Shown here: positions 29,008-39,550 of the stretch, piece by piece | How positions within the stretch are numbered: position 1 is the stretch's first letter | Layout of the letters: each line of letters opens with the position of its first letter | NCBI GenBank assembly: GCA_051746405.1 | Contig: JBNJFB010000018.1 | Location: 1 to 42,430, forward strand | Direction of reading: 5' to 3' | Source: Campylobacterota bacterium | GTDB lineage: Bacteria; Campylobacterota; Campylobacteria; Campylobacterales; Arcobacteraceae | Length of the DNA: 42,430 nucleotides | The notes under the pieces: model-generated | The model's input: only the letters and a program-made list of their open reading frames with translations | Database searches by the model: none | Told to the model about the DNA's origin: nothing | Position numbers and translations under genes: made by a program

Positions 29008-29132
29008 TCTGTATTTTATTCAAAATAGTTTTTATAATAGATAAAATAAAGCAAAAAGTTACATATAAAAGGGTTTTTTTAGTAAAAATTAACTATAATC
29101 TGTGATTAAAAATATAAATAAGGTAAGTGTGT

Positions 29133-30935
29133 ATGTGTGGAATTGTTGGATATATTGGTAATTCAAGTACAAAAAATATACTTCTTGATGGACTAAGAGA
29201 GCTAGAGTATAGAGGATATGACTCTGCTGGAGTTGCATTAATAAATCAAGATAGAATTGATGTATTTAAAGCCTTAGGTAAACTAAATAATCTAACCCAA
29301 AAACTAAAAAACTTTGATGATGAAAAAGTTACTTTAGGAATAGGTCACACAAGATGGGCCACACATGGAAAACCTACAGAGTTAAACGCACATCCACATT
29401 TGGGTGAATACTCATATGTGGTTCATAATGGTATTATTGAAAACTATAAAGAGTTAAAAGAGCAGTTAATAAAAAAAGGGCACAAGTTTGTATCCCAAAC
29501 AGATACAGAGGTTATAGTTCATCTTTTTGAAAACTTTTATAATGATTTAAATGATACAACTGAAGCTTTTAATCAAACAATTAAAAAACTTCAAGGTGCA
29601 TTTTCAATCTTACTTATTACAAAAGCAGATCCATCAAAAATCTTTTTTTATAAACATGGCAGTCCACTAATTGTTGGTTATGGAAAAAATAAAGATGAAG
29701 TTGTGTTTGGATCTTCAGATGCAGCACTTATTGGACTTGCAAATGATGTTGTTTATTTAGAAGATAATGTTGGTGGAGTTGCATCTGCATCAAAGATTGA
29801 GTTTTTTAGTGATAGCTACTCTTGGAGTACACTTCCAACCTCTAAACAATACGCAAAAAAAGATGGGTATAGATTTTTTATGGAAAAAGAGATCTATGAA
29901 CAAGGTAATGTTGTAAGTGATTGTATGCTAGGAAGGCTTCAAGATGATGATATTTTATTTGATGAGATTGAGCCTTCAATAATTGAAAATGTAAATGAGA
30001 TAAAAATATGTGCATGTGGTACATCATACCACGCAGGTTTAACAGCCTCATACCTTTTTGAAAGACTTTCGAAAACAAAATGTAATGTGGAAATAGCTAG
30101 TGAGTTTAGATATAAAGAGCCACTTCTTACAAAAGATACGCTTTTTATAGTTATAAGTCAAAGTGGTGAAACAGCAGATACATTAGAAGCATTAAAAATG
30201 GCTAAGGAAGCTGGATTAAAAACTTTAGTTGTTTGTAATGTTGATAACTCATCAATGACAAGAGTTGCTGATTATAAGATTTTGACAAGAGCAGGAATAG
30301 AAAAAGGGGTTGCCTCAACAAAAGCATTCTCAACTCAAACTGTTGTATTATGGATGCTGTCTTTATACTTTGCTAAGCAGAAAAAATCAATTAGTGATGA
30401 AAGAATTGCAAGTGAAATACAAACTCTAAGAGAAGTTCCAAAAGCATTAATTGTTGATGATAAGATACATGAAAAAACTAGAAGACTTTCAAAAAGGTAC
30501 CTACATGGTCATGGCTTCTTCTTTATAGGAAGGGATATATTTTATCCACTCGCATTAGAAGGGGCTTTAAAGCTTAAAGAGATCTCTTATTTACACGCAG
30601 AGGGTTATCCATCTGGTGAGATGAAACATGGACCAATAGCATTAGCAGACCCAGAGTTGTTTACTATTGCATTGATGCCTAAGAATCTTCTTTATGATAA
30701 GATAAAATCAAATGTTGAAGAGCTTAGTGCTAGAGATAGTACTATTTGTTCAATATCACCACTTGATTTTGAATTAAGTGATGATTTCATCAAGATTAAT
30801 TTAGCTGAACATTATATGTTAGAGTTTTTTGAAATGTTAGTAGCTTTACAGTTGCTTTCATTAGAAGTTTCAGTTAGATTAGGAAATGATGTAGATATGC
30901 CAAGAAATTTGGCTAAGAGTGTAACTGTAGAATAG
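29133..30935 (+). CDS. glmS: Glutamine--fructose-6-phosphate transaminase
   Basis: MCGIVG start at ATG 29133 (the catalytic Cys must follow Met), LEYRGYDSAG, GHTRWATHG, PRNLAKSVTVE. Confidence 0.98.
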   Translation: MCGIVGYIGNSSTKNILLDGLRELEYRGYDSAGVALINQDRIDVFKALGKLNNLTQKLKNFDDEKVTLGIGHTRWATHGKPTELNAHPHLGEYSYVVHNGIIENYKELKEQLIKKGHKFVSQTDTEVIVHLFENFYNDLNDTTEAFNQTIKKLQGAFSILLITKADPSKIFFYKHGSPLIVGYGKNKDEVVFGSSDAALIGLANDVVYLEDNVGGVASASKIEFFSDSYSWSTLPTSKQYAKKDGYRFFMEKEIYEQGNVVSDCMLGRLQDDDILFDEIEPSIIENVNEIKICACGTSYHAGLTASYLFERLSKTKCNVEIASEFRYKEPLLTKDTLFIVISQSGETADTLEALKMAKEAGLKTLVVCNVDNSSMTRVADYKILTRAGIEKGVASTKAFSTQTVVLWMLSLYFAKQKKSISDERIASEIQTLREVPKALIVDDKIHEKTRRLSKRYLHGHGFFFIGRDIFYPLALEGALKLKEISYLHAEGYPSGEMKHGPIALADPELFTIALMPKNLLYDKIKSNVEELSARDSTICSISPLDFELSDDFIKINLAEHYMLEFFEMLVALQLLSLEVSVRLGNDVDMPRNLAKSVTVE

Positions 30936-31001
30936 ATTTATATAGTAACTTGCTGTTATATTTGTTATTTTTTAGACAGCAATATTGTAATTAAAAATAA
31001 T

Positions 31002-31053
31002 GGAAAACAAAAATGGAAAACCTAAGAGGAAAACAAAAATGGAAAACAAAACA
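31002..31053 (+). repeat. Four tandem 13-bp units overlapping the metK RBS/start
   Basis: GGAAAACAAAAAT / GGAAAACCTAAGA / GGAAAACAAAAAT / GGAAAACAAAACA at 31002, 31015, 31028, 31041. Confidence 0.85.
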
Positions 31054-32250
31054 AGTCAATATTTATTTACTTCAGAAGTAGTAAGTCCAGGACACCCAGA
31101 TAAGTGTGCAGATATTATAGCAGACTCGATTGTTGATAAATTAATTATAGAAGATAGTAAAAGTAGAGTTGCTTCAGAAGTATTTGTAGCTGGTAAAGAC
31201 ATTGCTATAGGTGGAGAAGTAAAATCAAGTTGCAATTTAAGTGATGAAGAGTATAAGCAGATTGTATTAGATGCATTAGCAAAAATAGGTTATGACGGAG
31301 AGTCTTCATTTACAAAAGAGCAAAGTTTACATCCTGATGATGTAAATGTACAAGTATTGTTAAATCAACAATCCGCTGATATTAATCAAGGAGTTGACCA
31401 AGATACAGGTGAAATTGGTGCAGGTGACCAAGGTATTATGTTTGGTTTTGCATCAACAGAAACAGCTGATTATATGCCTGCAGCTATTACTTATGCAAGA
31501 ATGTTATGTGAAAAAGTTTATAACTATGCACTAAAACATAAACATAAATTAGGTGTGGATATTAAAACACAAGTTACAGTTGATTATGAAACTAAAGAGA
31601 ATTTTGAAAACTGTAAGCCTCAAAAAATCCATACAATTGTTGTAAGTGCTCCTTCAGTTGAAAATATGAAGATTGAAGAAGTTAGAGAGCTAATTCAAGG
31701 TTTAATTGATGATACAGGGCTTCCAACTAGTATGTATAGTAAAGATAAAACTATTATTCATATTAACCCAACAGGAAGATATGTAAATCACTCTTCACTG
31801 CATGATGCAGGGGTTACAGGTAGAAAACTTATTGTGGATTCATTTGGTGGTTATGCACCAATAGGTGGAGGAGCTCAAAGCTCAAAAGATTATACAAAGG
31901 TTGATAGAAGTGGACTTTATGCAGCAAGATGGGTAGCTAAACATATAGTTGCATCAGGACTTGCTTCAAAAGCATTAGTTCAATTATCTTATGCTATTGG
32001 AGTTGCAAAGCCAACATCTATTTCAGTTGATACTTATGGTACATATACAAAACATAATGACAATGAATTGTCACTTTTTGTAATGGAAAATTTCCCATTA
32101 ACTCCAGGTTGGATTACAAAAAAATTCAATTTAGATAAACCAAGTGCCAAAACATTCCTTTATGCAGATGTTGCAGCACGTGGACAAGTTGGACAAAGTG
32201 ATTATCCATGGGAAAAATTAGACGAATTAGACAAGTTTAAAAATATATAA
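31039..32250 (+). CDS. metK: S-adenosylmethionine synthetase
   Basis: LFTSEVVSPGHPDK, GAGDQG, TGRKLIVD, KVDRSG; ATG 31039 has a GAGGA RBS (in-frame alternative ATG at 31000). Confidence 0.97.
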   Translation: MENKTSQYLFTSEVVSPGHPDKCADIIADSIVDKLIIEDSKSRVASEVFVAGKDIAIGGEVKSSCNLSDEEYKQIVLDALAKIGYDGESSFTKEQSLHPDDVNVQVLLNQQSADINQGVDQDTGEIGAGDQGIMFGFASTETADYMPAAITYARMLCEKVYNYALKHKHKLGVDIKTQVTVDYETKENFENCKPQKIHTIVVSAPSVENMKIEEVRELIQGLIDDTGLPTSMYSKDKTIIHINPTGRYVNHSSLHDAGVTGRKLIVDSFGGYAPIGGGAQSSKDYTKVDRSGLYAARWVAKHIVASGLASKALVQLSYAIGVAKPTSISVDTYGTYTKHNDNELSLFVMENFPLTPGWITKKFNLDKPSAKTFLYADVAARGQVGQSDYPWEKLDELDKFKNI

Positions 32251-32280
32251 GATTATAATAAATTTTAAAAGGGTTAAATT

Positions 32281-33147
32281 ATGGATTTAAAGAATTTATT
32301 TAGCAGAATTTCTTTTGATAGTTCTAAAACACAACCAACAAAAAAAGATGCACCAAGTCACTGGATAAAGTGTCCTGAGTGTAGCTCTTTGATGTTTTTT
32401 AAAGAGGTTGAAAATCAAGATAATATTTGTCCAAAATGTAATTTTCATATGAGAGTTGGTGCAAAAAAAAGAATTGAGATATTAACAGACAAAGATAGTT
32501 TTGTTGAATGTGATGAAGATTTAAAGCCAAATGATCCTTTAAAATTTGTTGATAAAACTTCATACAAAAAAAGAATAGAACAAGCAAATAAAAAAACAGG
32601 AAGAAACTCATCTGTAGTAAGTGGTGAGTGTACAATAAACGATATACCTGTTCAAATTGTTGTATTTGATTTCTCATTTATGGGAGGAAGTTTAGGCTCT
32701 GTTGAGGGTGAAAAAATTGTAAGAGCTGTGAATAGAGCTATTGAAAAGCATCAGGGGTTGATTATAGTTTCAGCTTCAGGTGGTGCAAGAATGCAAGAGT
32801 CAACTTTTGCATTAATGCAAATGGCAAAAACATCAGCAGCTCTTAAAAGAATGGAGCATGCAAAGCTTCCATATATATCTGTTTTAACAGATCCAACTAT
32901 GGGAGGAGTTTCTGCTTCTTTTGCTTTCTTAGGAGATATTATAATGGCAGAACCAGGTGCATTAATTGGATTTGCAGGACAAAGAGTTATTAAGCAAACA
33001 ATTGGTGCAGATTTACCTGAGGGGTTCCAAAGAGCAGAGTTCTTGCTTGAAAAGGGTCTAATTGATATGGTAGTTAATAGATCACAAATGAAAAAGACAA
33101 TTTCTGATTTATTAAAGATGTTCTCAAAAGAGAAGATTGCTAATTAA
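32281..33147 (+). CDS. accD: Acetyl-CoA carboxylase carboxyltransferase beta subunit
   Basis: WIKCPEC...CPKC zinc finger, FMGGSLG, SGGARMQE, GFAGQRV. Confidence 0.98.
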   Translation: MDLKNLFSRISFDSSKTQPTKKDAPSHWIKCPECSSLMFFKEVENQDNICPKCNFHMRVGAKKRIEILTDKDSFVECDEDLKPNDPLKFVDKTSYKKRIEQANKKTGRNSSVVSGECTINDIPVQIVVFDFSFMGGSLGSVEGEKIVRAVNRAIEKHQGLIIVSASGGARMQESTFALMQMAKTSAALKRMEHAKLPYISVLTDPTMGGVSASFAFLGDIIMAEPGALIGFAGQRVIKQTIGADLPEGFQRAEFLLEKGLIDMVVNRSQMKKTISDLLKMFSKEKIAN

Positions 33148-33753
33148 ATGATAAATAGATTTCAAAAGGTTTTAGATAAAAATCTAAAGCCTTTTAATAA
33201 CTTATATGCCTTATGTGATATTGAAAGCTTAAAAAAGCACAATATTACAATATCTAATTTTTTAAAAATATCTTCAAAACAGAATGCAAAGATTATTCAA
33301 TATAGGGATAAAATATCTTCAAAAAATACAAAGATAGAAAATCTAAAATATATTTCAAAAAATAGTGATGCAATTATTATAGTAAATGATAGTATTGACT
33401 TAATAGAGTATGCAAGTGGTATTCACTTAGGACAAGAGGATTTTTTTAAGATATCAGTTAATAAAAAAGAGGCTGTAAAGATTATAAGGAAAAAAATAGG
33501 TAACAAACTTTTAGGGCTATCAACACATAATAAAAAAGAGGTTTTAGAAGCTAATAGCTTAGATTTAGATATGATAGGTTTAGGTGCTTATAGAAATACT
33601 TCAACTAAGAGTATTACAAATGTTTTAGGGGATGATTTATCTAAAATTGCAGCATTAAGTAATCATCCTGTTTGTGCAATAGGTGGAGTTAAACTTGATG
33701 ATAAATTAGCTAATGTAAGATTTAATGTAATAGCTTCAGGATTATATACATAA
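33148..33753 (+). CDS. thiE: Thiamine-phosphate synthase family protein
   Basis: IQYRDK, IVND, GIHLGQED, GLSTHN, AIGG. Confidence 0.85.
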   Translation: MINRFQKVLDKNLKPFNNLYALCDIESLKKHNITISNFLKISSKQNAKIIQYRDKISSKNTKIENLKYISKNSDAIIIVNDSIDLIEYASGIHLGQEDFFKISVNKKEAVKIIRKKIGNKLLGLSTHNKKEVLEANSLDLDMIGLGAYRNTSTKSITNVLGDDLSKIAALSNHPVCAIGGVKLDDKLANVRFNVIASGLYT

Positions 33754-33755
33754 TT

Positions 33756-34211
33756 ATGAAGATAAATATCTATACTATTGCAAAGCCTAGTAAAGATTAT
33801 TTTGATACTTTAATAAAAGAGTTTATTAAAATGTCTTCAAAGCTTGCAAAAGTTGAGTTTCATTATATTTTCAATAAAGAGATTGCAAAAGCACAAACAA
33901 TAAATGAGCAAGAAGCACAAAAATCATATACAAAAGCTTACGAAAAGTTTTTAAGTGGTTATAATATAGCCTTAGATGTATTAGGGAAAAAAGTGGATTC
34001 ATATAAATTTGCAAATTTAATTCAGGGTAGAAATGAAATAAATTTTTTTATTGGTGGTGCTTTTGGATTTGAAAAGCAATTTTTAAAGAAGTGTGATTGT
34101 ATAATATCTCTAAGCGATTTAACTATGGCACATAAAGTAGCAAATGTTGTATTAGCTGAACAACTATTTAGAGGTTTAGCCATAAACAATAATCATCCGT
34201 ATCATAAGTAA
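33756..34211 (+). CDS. rlmH: 23S rRNA pseudouridine-1915 N3-methyltransferase
   Basis: FFIGGAFG, SLSDLTMAH, EQLFRG, HPYHK. Confidence 0.95.
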   Translation: MKINIYTIAKPSKDYFDTLIKEFIKMSSKLAKVEFHYIFNKEIAKAQTINEQEAQKSYTKAYEKFLSGYNIALDVLGKKVDSYKFANLIQGRNEINFFIGGAFGFEKQFLKKCDCIISLSDLTMAHKVANVVLAEQLFRGLAINNNHPYHK

Positions 34212-34262
34212 TTTATTTAATCTTATGTATAATGTCAAAATTTTTAATTTAAGGGTAAAAAA

Positions 34263-34616
34263 TTGGCTAATGCAAAACAGATTGAAGAGTTAAAACAAAA
34301 ACTGTTAGAAAGAAAAGAGTTGATAACTGTTAATATCAATGATAGTAGAGAGAGTATTAACTCTTTAAAGAATACAGAGTGTAATGATGATTATGATTAT
34401 GCTGAGGTTTCAAGTGATAGTTTCAAAGAAGGGATTATAGCAAATCAACAGCTAAAAGAGCTAGAAGAGATTGAAGATGCATTAAAAAGAATCGCAAAGG
34501 GTACTTATGGTACTTGTGAAATGTGTGATGAATCAATAGCTATTGGAAGATTGAGAGCTAAACCATTTGCAAAGTTTTGTACACCTTGTAGAGAGATTTA
34601 CGAAATAGAAAAATAG
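34263..34616 (+). CDS. dksA: DksA/TraR C4 zinc-finger RNA polymerase-binding protein
   Basis: DxxDxA (DDYDYA), ALKRIAKGTYGTCEMC, RLRAKP, CTPC. Confidence 0.9.
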   Translation: MANAKQIEELKQKLLERKELITVNINDSRESINSLKNTECNDDYDYAEVSSDSFKEGIIANQQLKELEEIEDALKRIAKGTYGTCEMCDESIAIGRLRAKPFAKFCTPCREIYEIEK

Positions 34617-34631
34617 TAAAAAGGATTTAAG

Positions 34632-35645
34632 ATGGGTTTTAAAAAGTATGTTGTTTTATCAATTTTATTTATTGTAGCTATTTATGGTTATTTATTTAGT
34701 CTAGAGTTAGGTGAATATCAAATTAATGTTTTAGAGTATTCATTTACCTTGCCTGTTGCTGTATGGATAATCATGCCTTTAGTTTTACTTTTTGTGGCAA
34801 CTTTAGGGCATATACTATTTTATGGGTTACTAAATGTTTTTAAGCAAAGAGCAGTTAATAAAGACCATGAACTATTAATAGCTATGTTAAAAGCTAAGCT
34901 TTTAGAGAAAAATTTTAATAAAAAATTTAAAACAAAAGGCTTTAAAAACCTATCTTCTATTCTATCTCAGTTTGAACTAGAGGTTAAAGATAATACTTTT
35001 TCGTCATCTGATGATGAGCTAAATAAAATTGTTGCAACAATAAAAGATATAAAAGCAGGAAAGTATGTTGAGGATAAGTCAGTTAAGTTTAGTGAAGTAT
35101 CTTCTGTAGTAAAGAATAATACTATAAACAAAGTTAATAAAGATGCAGATTTTGCATATGAAGTATTAAAGAAAAGTGAAAACTATAATAATGATATTTT
35201 AAAAGAAGCATTTGAAAAAGTCTTAAGAGATAAAAGTATGACAACTGTTAAAAAAGTTTATAAAAATATAAAACTTGATAAAACATTAGCTAAAAAACTT
35301 TTTGAAAAAGATGCAGCTAATAATGAGTTTGGATTTACAGCAGAAGAGATTTTAAAAATCGTAAAAGGTTTAGATTTTACTCAAGAAGATTATATGGCAC
35401 TTGCTAAAAATTATGAGTCTATTTTACAACCTGACCAAATTATTGCACTATTTGAAAAACTATCTTCACAAATTGATGAAGCAACATCTGCATATTTACA
35501 TGTGCTATTTGAGTATGAGATGATTGATAAAGCAAGAGAGGTTATTCAATCAACACAAGAGGATGAGTTTACTGCATTTAAAGCACTTTTAGAGCTAAAA
35601 GATGCAGGAAAGCACTACGATTTGGAGTCTATATCTTATAAATAA
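34632..35645 (+). CDS. Conserved hypothetical membrane protein
   Basis: Two N-terminal TMs then a long helical soluble domain; AAGGA RBS; between dksA and dusB. Confidence 0.8.
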   Translation: MGFKKYVVLSILFIVAIYGYLFSLELGEYQINVLEYSFTLPVAVWIIMPLVLLFVATLGHILFYGLLNVFKQRAVNKDHELLIAMLKAKLLEKNFNKKFKTKGFKNLSSILSQFELEVKDNTFSSSDDELNKIVATIKDIKAGKYVEDKSVKFSEVSSVVKNNTINKVNKDADFAYEVLKKSENYNNDILKEAFEKVLRDKSMTTVKKVYKNIKLDKTLAKKLFEKDAANNEFGFTAEEILKIVKGLDFTQEDYMALAKNYESILQPDQIIALFEKLSSQIDEATSAYLHVLFEYEMIDKAREVIQSTQEDEFTAFKALLELKDAGKHYDLESISYK

Positions 35646-36577
35646 TGGAAAATAAAATTGACTTTACAAAACCGCTAATGGTTTTAGCACCATTAGCAGG
35701 ATATACAGATCTTCCCTTTAGAGCAGTTGTAAAAAAGTTTGGTGCAGATATTACAATATCTGAGATGATTTCATCAAACGCATTAGTATATAAATCTCAA
35801 AAAACACTTAAAATGATTGAAAAACATGAGAGTGAAACCCCATATATTGTACAAATTGCAGGTAATAATCCAGAGTTAGTAAGAGATGCTGTGGAGTTAT
35901 TAAATGATGTTGATGGAATTGATGGAATTGATTTAAACTGTGGCTGTCCTGCACCTAAAGTTTTTAACCATGGTTCAGGCTCAAATCTTTTAGGAGATTT
36001 AAAAAAGCTTGAAGAGATTTTATCTACGGTTAAAAAATACTCAAAAAAACAGTACACCTCTGCAAAGGTTAGAATTGGAGTAAATGATAAAATTCCAGTT
36101 GAAATAGCAAAAGCAGTTGAGTCTTGTGGGGTTGATTTTGTTTCTGTTCATGGAAGAACAAGAGCAGGAAAGTATAAAGCACCTGTAGATTATGATGCTA
36201 TAAAAGCAATGAAAGATGCTGTTAGTATTCCAGTAATTGCAAATGGTGATATCAAAGATTATAAAAAAGCAAAAGAAGTACTAGCATATACCAATGCAAA
36301 TGGAGTTATGATAGGTCGTGGTGCTATTGGAAAACCATGGATTTTTTATCAACTTAAAAATGAAGTTGAAGATATAAGTCAGCAGAAGAAAAAAGAGATT
36401 ATCATTGAGCATTTTGATACGATGTTAGATTTTCATGGCCAATATGGAGCTGTGATGTTTAGAAAACTCTTGCACTCATACTCAAAAGGCTATAAAGGTG
36501 CAAACGAATTTAGAGATATTATAAATCGTATTTCTGATGAAAAAGTTATGAGAGATATGATTGAGAACTTTTTTTAA
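35645..36577 (+). CDS. dusB: tRNA-dihydrouridine synthase
   Basis: LAPLAGYTDLPFR, IDLNCGCP, VHGRT, IANGDI, MIGRG. Confidence 0.93.
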   Translation: MENKIDFTKPLMVLAPLAGYTDLPFRAVVKKFGADITISEMISSNALVYKSQKTLKMIEKHESETPYIVQIAGNNPELVRDAVELLNDVDGIDGIDLNCGCPAPKVFNHGSGSNLLGDLKKLEEILSTVKKYSKKQYTSAKVRIGVNDKIPVEIAKAVESCGVDFVSVHGRTRAGKYKAPVDYDAIKAMKDAVSIPVIANGDIKDYKKAKEVLAYTNANGVMIGRGAIGKPWIFYQLKNEVEDISQQKKKEIIIEHFDTMLDFHGQYGAVMFRKLLHSYSKGYKGANEFRDIINRISDEKVMRDMIENFF

Positions 36578-36647
36578 TACTTTTTTAATATTATTCAAAA
36601 AGAATTTAGATAAAATTTATCATTTACAGAAATTATAAAGGGGTATT

Positions 36648-37460
36648 TTGACTGATAACTACTATGAATTAACAATTAAACCTCAAACTAACTATGAGCT
36701 TTTTTTAGATTTGGTTGCAACTGCAACTAATGATGCAATTGAAGAGCATAATGGAAGTTTAATAATAAGAAGTGAAAACTCATTAGAAGAGCTAAAAAAA
36801 GAGATTGAAAATTTTAGTGAAAATATAAATACAAATTGTGAAGTTCAATCAGAAATAAAGAAAAATATAGACTGGGTAAAACAATATCAACAGTCTGTAT
36901 CTTCAGTTGAAATTGGAAATTTTTTTATCAGACCTTCATGGGAAGAGAAAAAAGATGATAAAATCGACATAATTATTGACCCTGCATTATCATTTGGTTC
37001 AGGACATCATGAGACAACAGCTGCTTGTATTGAGTTTATTGATAAGTATGCAAAACCTGGATTAAATGTACTTGATGTTGGTACAGGTAGTGGAATTTTA
37101 GCAGTTGGGGCTGCAAAAAAAGGTTGTGCTGTTGATATTTGTGATACAGATGAAGTTTGTATAGCAGATACCACAACAAATTTTAAACTTAATAATGTTA
37201 CTTTTGAAAAATCATGGATTGGTTCGGCAAATTTAGCAATAAATAAGTATAATCTCGTAATTGCTAATATTGTAGCAGATGTATTAAGTATGATAGCAAA
37301 TGATTTGAAAAAATGTTTACAAAAAGATGGATTATTAATAATCTCAGGCATTTTAGATAAGCATCTATCTAGGGTACAAAGTAGATTTAAAGACCTACAT
37401 CAATTAGAGCTTATTCACAAAGGTGAGTGGGTAAGTATAGTTTATAAAAATAAGGAGTAA
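36648..37460 (+). CDS. prmA: Ribosomal protein L11 methyltransferase
   Basis: IDPALSFGSGHHETT, LDVGTGSGILA, IANI, ISGIL. Confidence 0.96.
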   Translation: MTDNYYELTIKPQTNYELFLDLVATATNDAIEEHNGSLIIRSENSLEELKKEIENFSENINTNCEVQSEIKKNIDWVKQYQQSVSSVEIGNFFIRPSWEEKKDDKIDIIIDPALSFGSGHHETTAACIEFIDKYAKPGLNVLDVGTGSGILAVGAAKKGCAVDICDTDEVCIADTTTNFKLNNVTFEKSWIGSANLAINKYNLVIANIVADVLSMIANDLKKCLQKDGLLIISGILDKHLSRVQSRFKDLHQLELIHKGEWVSIVYKNKE

Positions 37461-37466
37461 CAGTTT

Positions 37467-39536
37467 ATGAATAATAAACAGCAAAATAACAATAATGGTG
37501 GAGATAATAATAACTTTTTTAATAATAATCCATTATTAGTATTTGTAATATTTTCTATAGTAACAATATTTGCTTTTAAAGCAATATTTCCAGAAAATCA
37601 AGCAGGTGCACAGGGTCAAAACTCATCAGTAGCAGCTTTTGGACAGACAAAAAATAAAAATGTAGCATATTCTGAGCTTAAAAGATTAATTCAAGCTGGT
37701 CAAGTGAATTATGTGGGTATTGGTAAAACTCAAATAAAAGCTGTATCAAACCAAGGTAATCAAGTTACTTCATATACAGCAAGAAGAGTTGTGCCAGATG
37801 AGACACTAGTACCTATGTTGGAAGAAAAGAATATAGATTATGGTGGAATTAATGAAGAGAATGTACTAGCTGATATACTTTTTGGTTGGGTTTTACCTAT
37901 TTTTATTTTCTTTGCTATATGGATTTTTATTGCAAAAAGAATGCAAAAATCAATGGGTGGCGGAGGAGGCGGTGGCCTTCTTGGAATAGGGTCATCTAAA
38001 AAAATGATTAACTCTGAAAAACCAAAAGTTAAATTTGAAGATATGGCAGGAAATAAAGAGGCAAAAGAAGAGGTTCAAGAGGTAGTTGACTTTTTATCTG
38101 ACCCTGAAAGATATGTTAAGTTAGGAGCTCAAATTCCTAAAGGTGTATTATTAGTAGGACCTCCAGGTACTGGTAAAACACTTCTTGCAAAAGCAGTTGC
38201 AGGTGAAGCTGATGTTGAGTTCTTATCTGTATCTGGTTCTGCATTTATTGAAATGTTTGTTGGTGTTGGTGCAAGTAGAGTAAGAGATTTATTTGAACAA
38301 GCAAAAAAAGTGGCACCTGCTATTATTTTTATTGATGAAATTGATGCAATTGGTAAAAGCAGAGCAAGTGGTGGACAAATGGGTGGAAATGATGAAAGAG
38401 AACAGACCTTAAATCAACTACTAGCTGAAATGGATGGTTTCTCAACGGAAGTAGCACCTGTAATTGTTTTAGCTGCAACTAACAGACCTGAAGTATTAGA
38501 CCAAGCACTTTTAAGACCAGGAAGATTTGATAGACAAGTTTTAGTTGATAAACCTGATTATGAGGGAAGAATTGAAATTTTAAAAGTTCATGTAAAAGAT
38601 GTAAAACTTGCAAATGATATTGACTTAAAAGATGTTGCAAGAATGACAGCAGGTCTTGCAGGTGCTGATTTAGCAAATATTATAAATGAAGCTGCTTTAC
38701 TTGCAGGTAGATCAAAAAAAGAGGTTGTAGAGTCAAGTGATTTTAAAGAAGCTGTTGAGAGACAAATAGCAGGACTTGAGAAAAAATCAAGAAGAATTTC
38801 ACCAAAAGAGAGAGAAATTGTAGCTTATCACGAGTCTGGACATGCATTAATAGCAGAAATTACAAAAGGTGCTAAAAAAGTAAATAAAGTATCAATTGTA
38901 CCAAGAGGTTTAGCAGCACTTGGATATACACTAAATACTCCAGAAGAGAATAAGTACTTAATGCAAAAGCATGAATTAATAGCCGAAGTTGATACACTAC
39001 TAGGTGGTAGAGCTGCTGAAGAGGTATTTATACATGAGATTAGTACCGGTGCAGGAAATGATTTAGAGCGTGCAACTGATATTATTAAATCTATGGCTTC
39101 AACTTATGGTATGAGTGAAATGGCTGGACTTATGGTACTAGAGAGAAAACAAAACCAATTTTTAGGTGGACAAACGCAAAAAGATTTCTCAGATGAAACA
39201 GCTAAAAATTTAGACCAATATACAAAAGATTTATTAAATCAAAGATATGAAATTGTTTTAAATGCATTAAAAGAGCATAAAGAAGCAATTGAAGAGATGA
39301 CAGCTGAACTTCTAGAAATTGAAGTTATTTCAGGACAAAGAGTAAGAGAAATAATAAAAGCTCATGGTGGAACAGTTTTTGAAGAAGAGGACTTACATTC
39401 TGAGCCTATAAAAGAAGATGATAAGAAAAAAGATAAAAAAGAGAAATTAGTAGAGGAATCAAAAGATGATAAGTCTGAATCTACTAACGATACAAAAGAA
39501 CCTAATGACGATAATAAAAAAGATGAGAATAGATAA
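37467..39536 (+). CDS. ftsH: ATP-dependent zinc metalloprotease FtsH
   Basis: Two TMs, GPPGTGKT, IDEID, RPGRFDR, HESGH zinc motif. Confidence 0.98.
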   Translation: MNNKQQNNNNGGDNNNFFNNNPLLVFVIFSIVTIFAFKAIFPENQAGAQGQNSSVAAFGQTKNKNVAYSELKRLIQAGQVNYVGIGKTQIKAVSNQGNQVTSYTARRVVPDETLVPMLEEKNIDYGGINEENVLADILFGWVLPIFIFFAIWIFIAKRMQKSMGGGGGGGLLGIGSSKKMINSEKPKVKFEDMAGNKEAKEEVQEVVDFLSDPERYVKLGAQIPKGVLLVGPPGTGKTLLAKAVAGEADVEFLSVSGSAFIEMFVGVGASRVRDLFEQAKKVAPAIIFIDEIDAIGKSRASGGQMGGNDEREQTLNQLLAEMDGFSTEVAPVIVLAATNRPEVLDQALLRPGRFDRQVLVDKPDYEGRIEILKVHVKDVKLANDIDLKDVARMTAGLAGADLANIINEAALLAGRSKKEVVESSDFKEAVERQIAGLEKKSRRISPKEREIVAYHESGHALIAEITKGAKKVNKVSIVPRGLAALGYTLNTPEENKYLMQKHELIAEVDTLLGGRAAEEVFIHEISTGAGNDLERATDIIKSMASTYGMSEMAGLMVLERKQNQFLGGQTQKDFSDETAKNLDQYTKDLLNQRYEIVLNALKEHKEAIEEMTAELLEIEVISGQRVREIIKAHGGTVFEEEDLHSEPIKEDDKKKDKKEKLVEESKDDKSESTNDTKEPNDDNKKDENR

Positions 39537-39550
39537 GAGATTCTCATCTT
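39520..39550 (+). terminator. Hairpin over the ftsH stop codon
   Basis: AAGATGAGAAT-N9-ATTCTCATCTT, 11-bp perfect stem. Confidence 0.55.

Noticed and set aside
29008..29132. glmS ribozyme upstream of glmS
   Set aside because: Region is short, extremely AT-rich and shared with a divergent promoter; no ribozyme core seen.
37467..37530. AAT-rich repeats at the ftsH start (also GGM repeats at the groEL end)
   Set aside because: Ordinary low-complexity coding tails.
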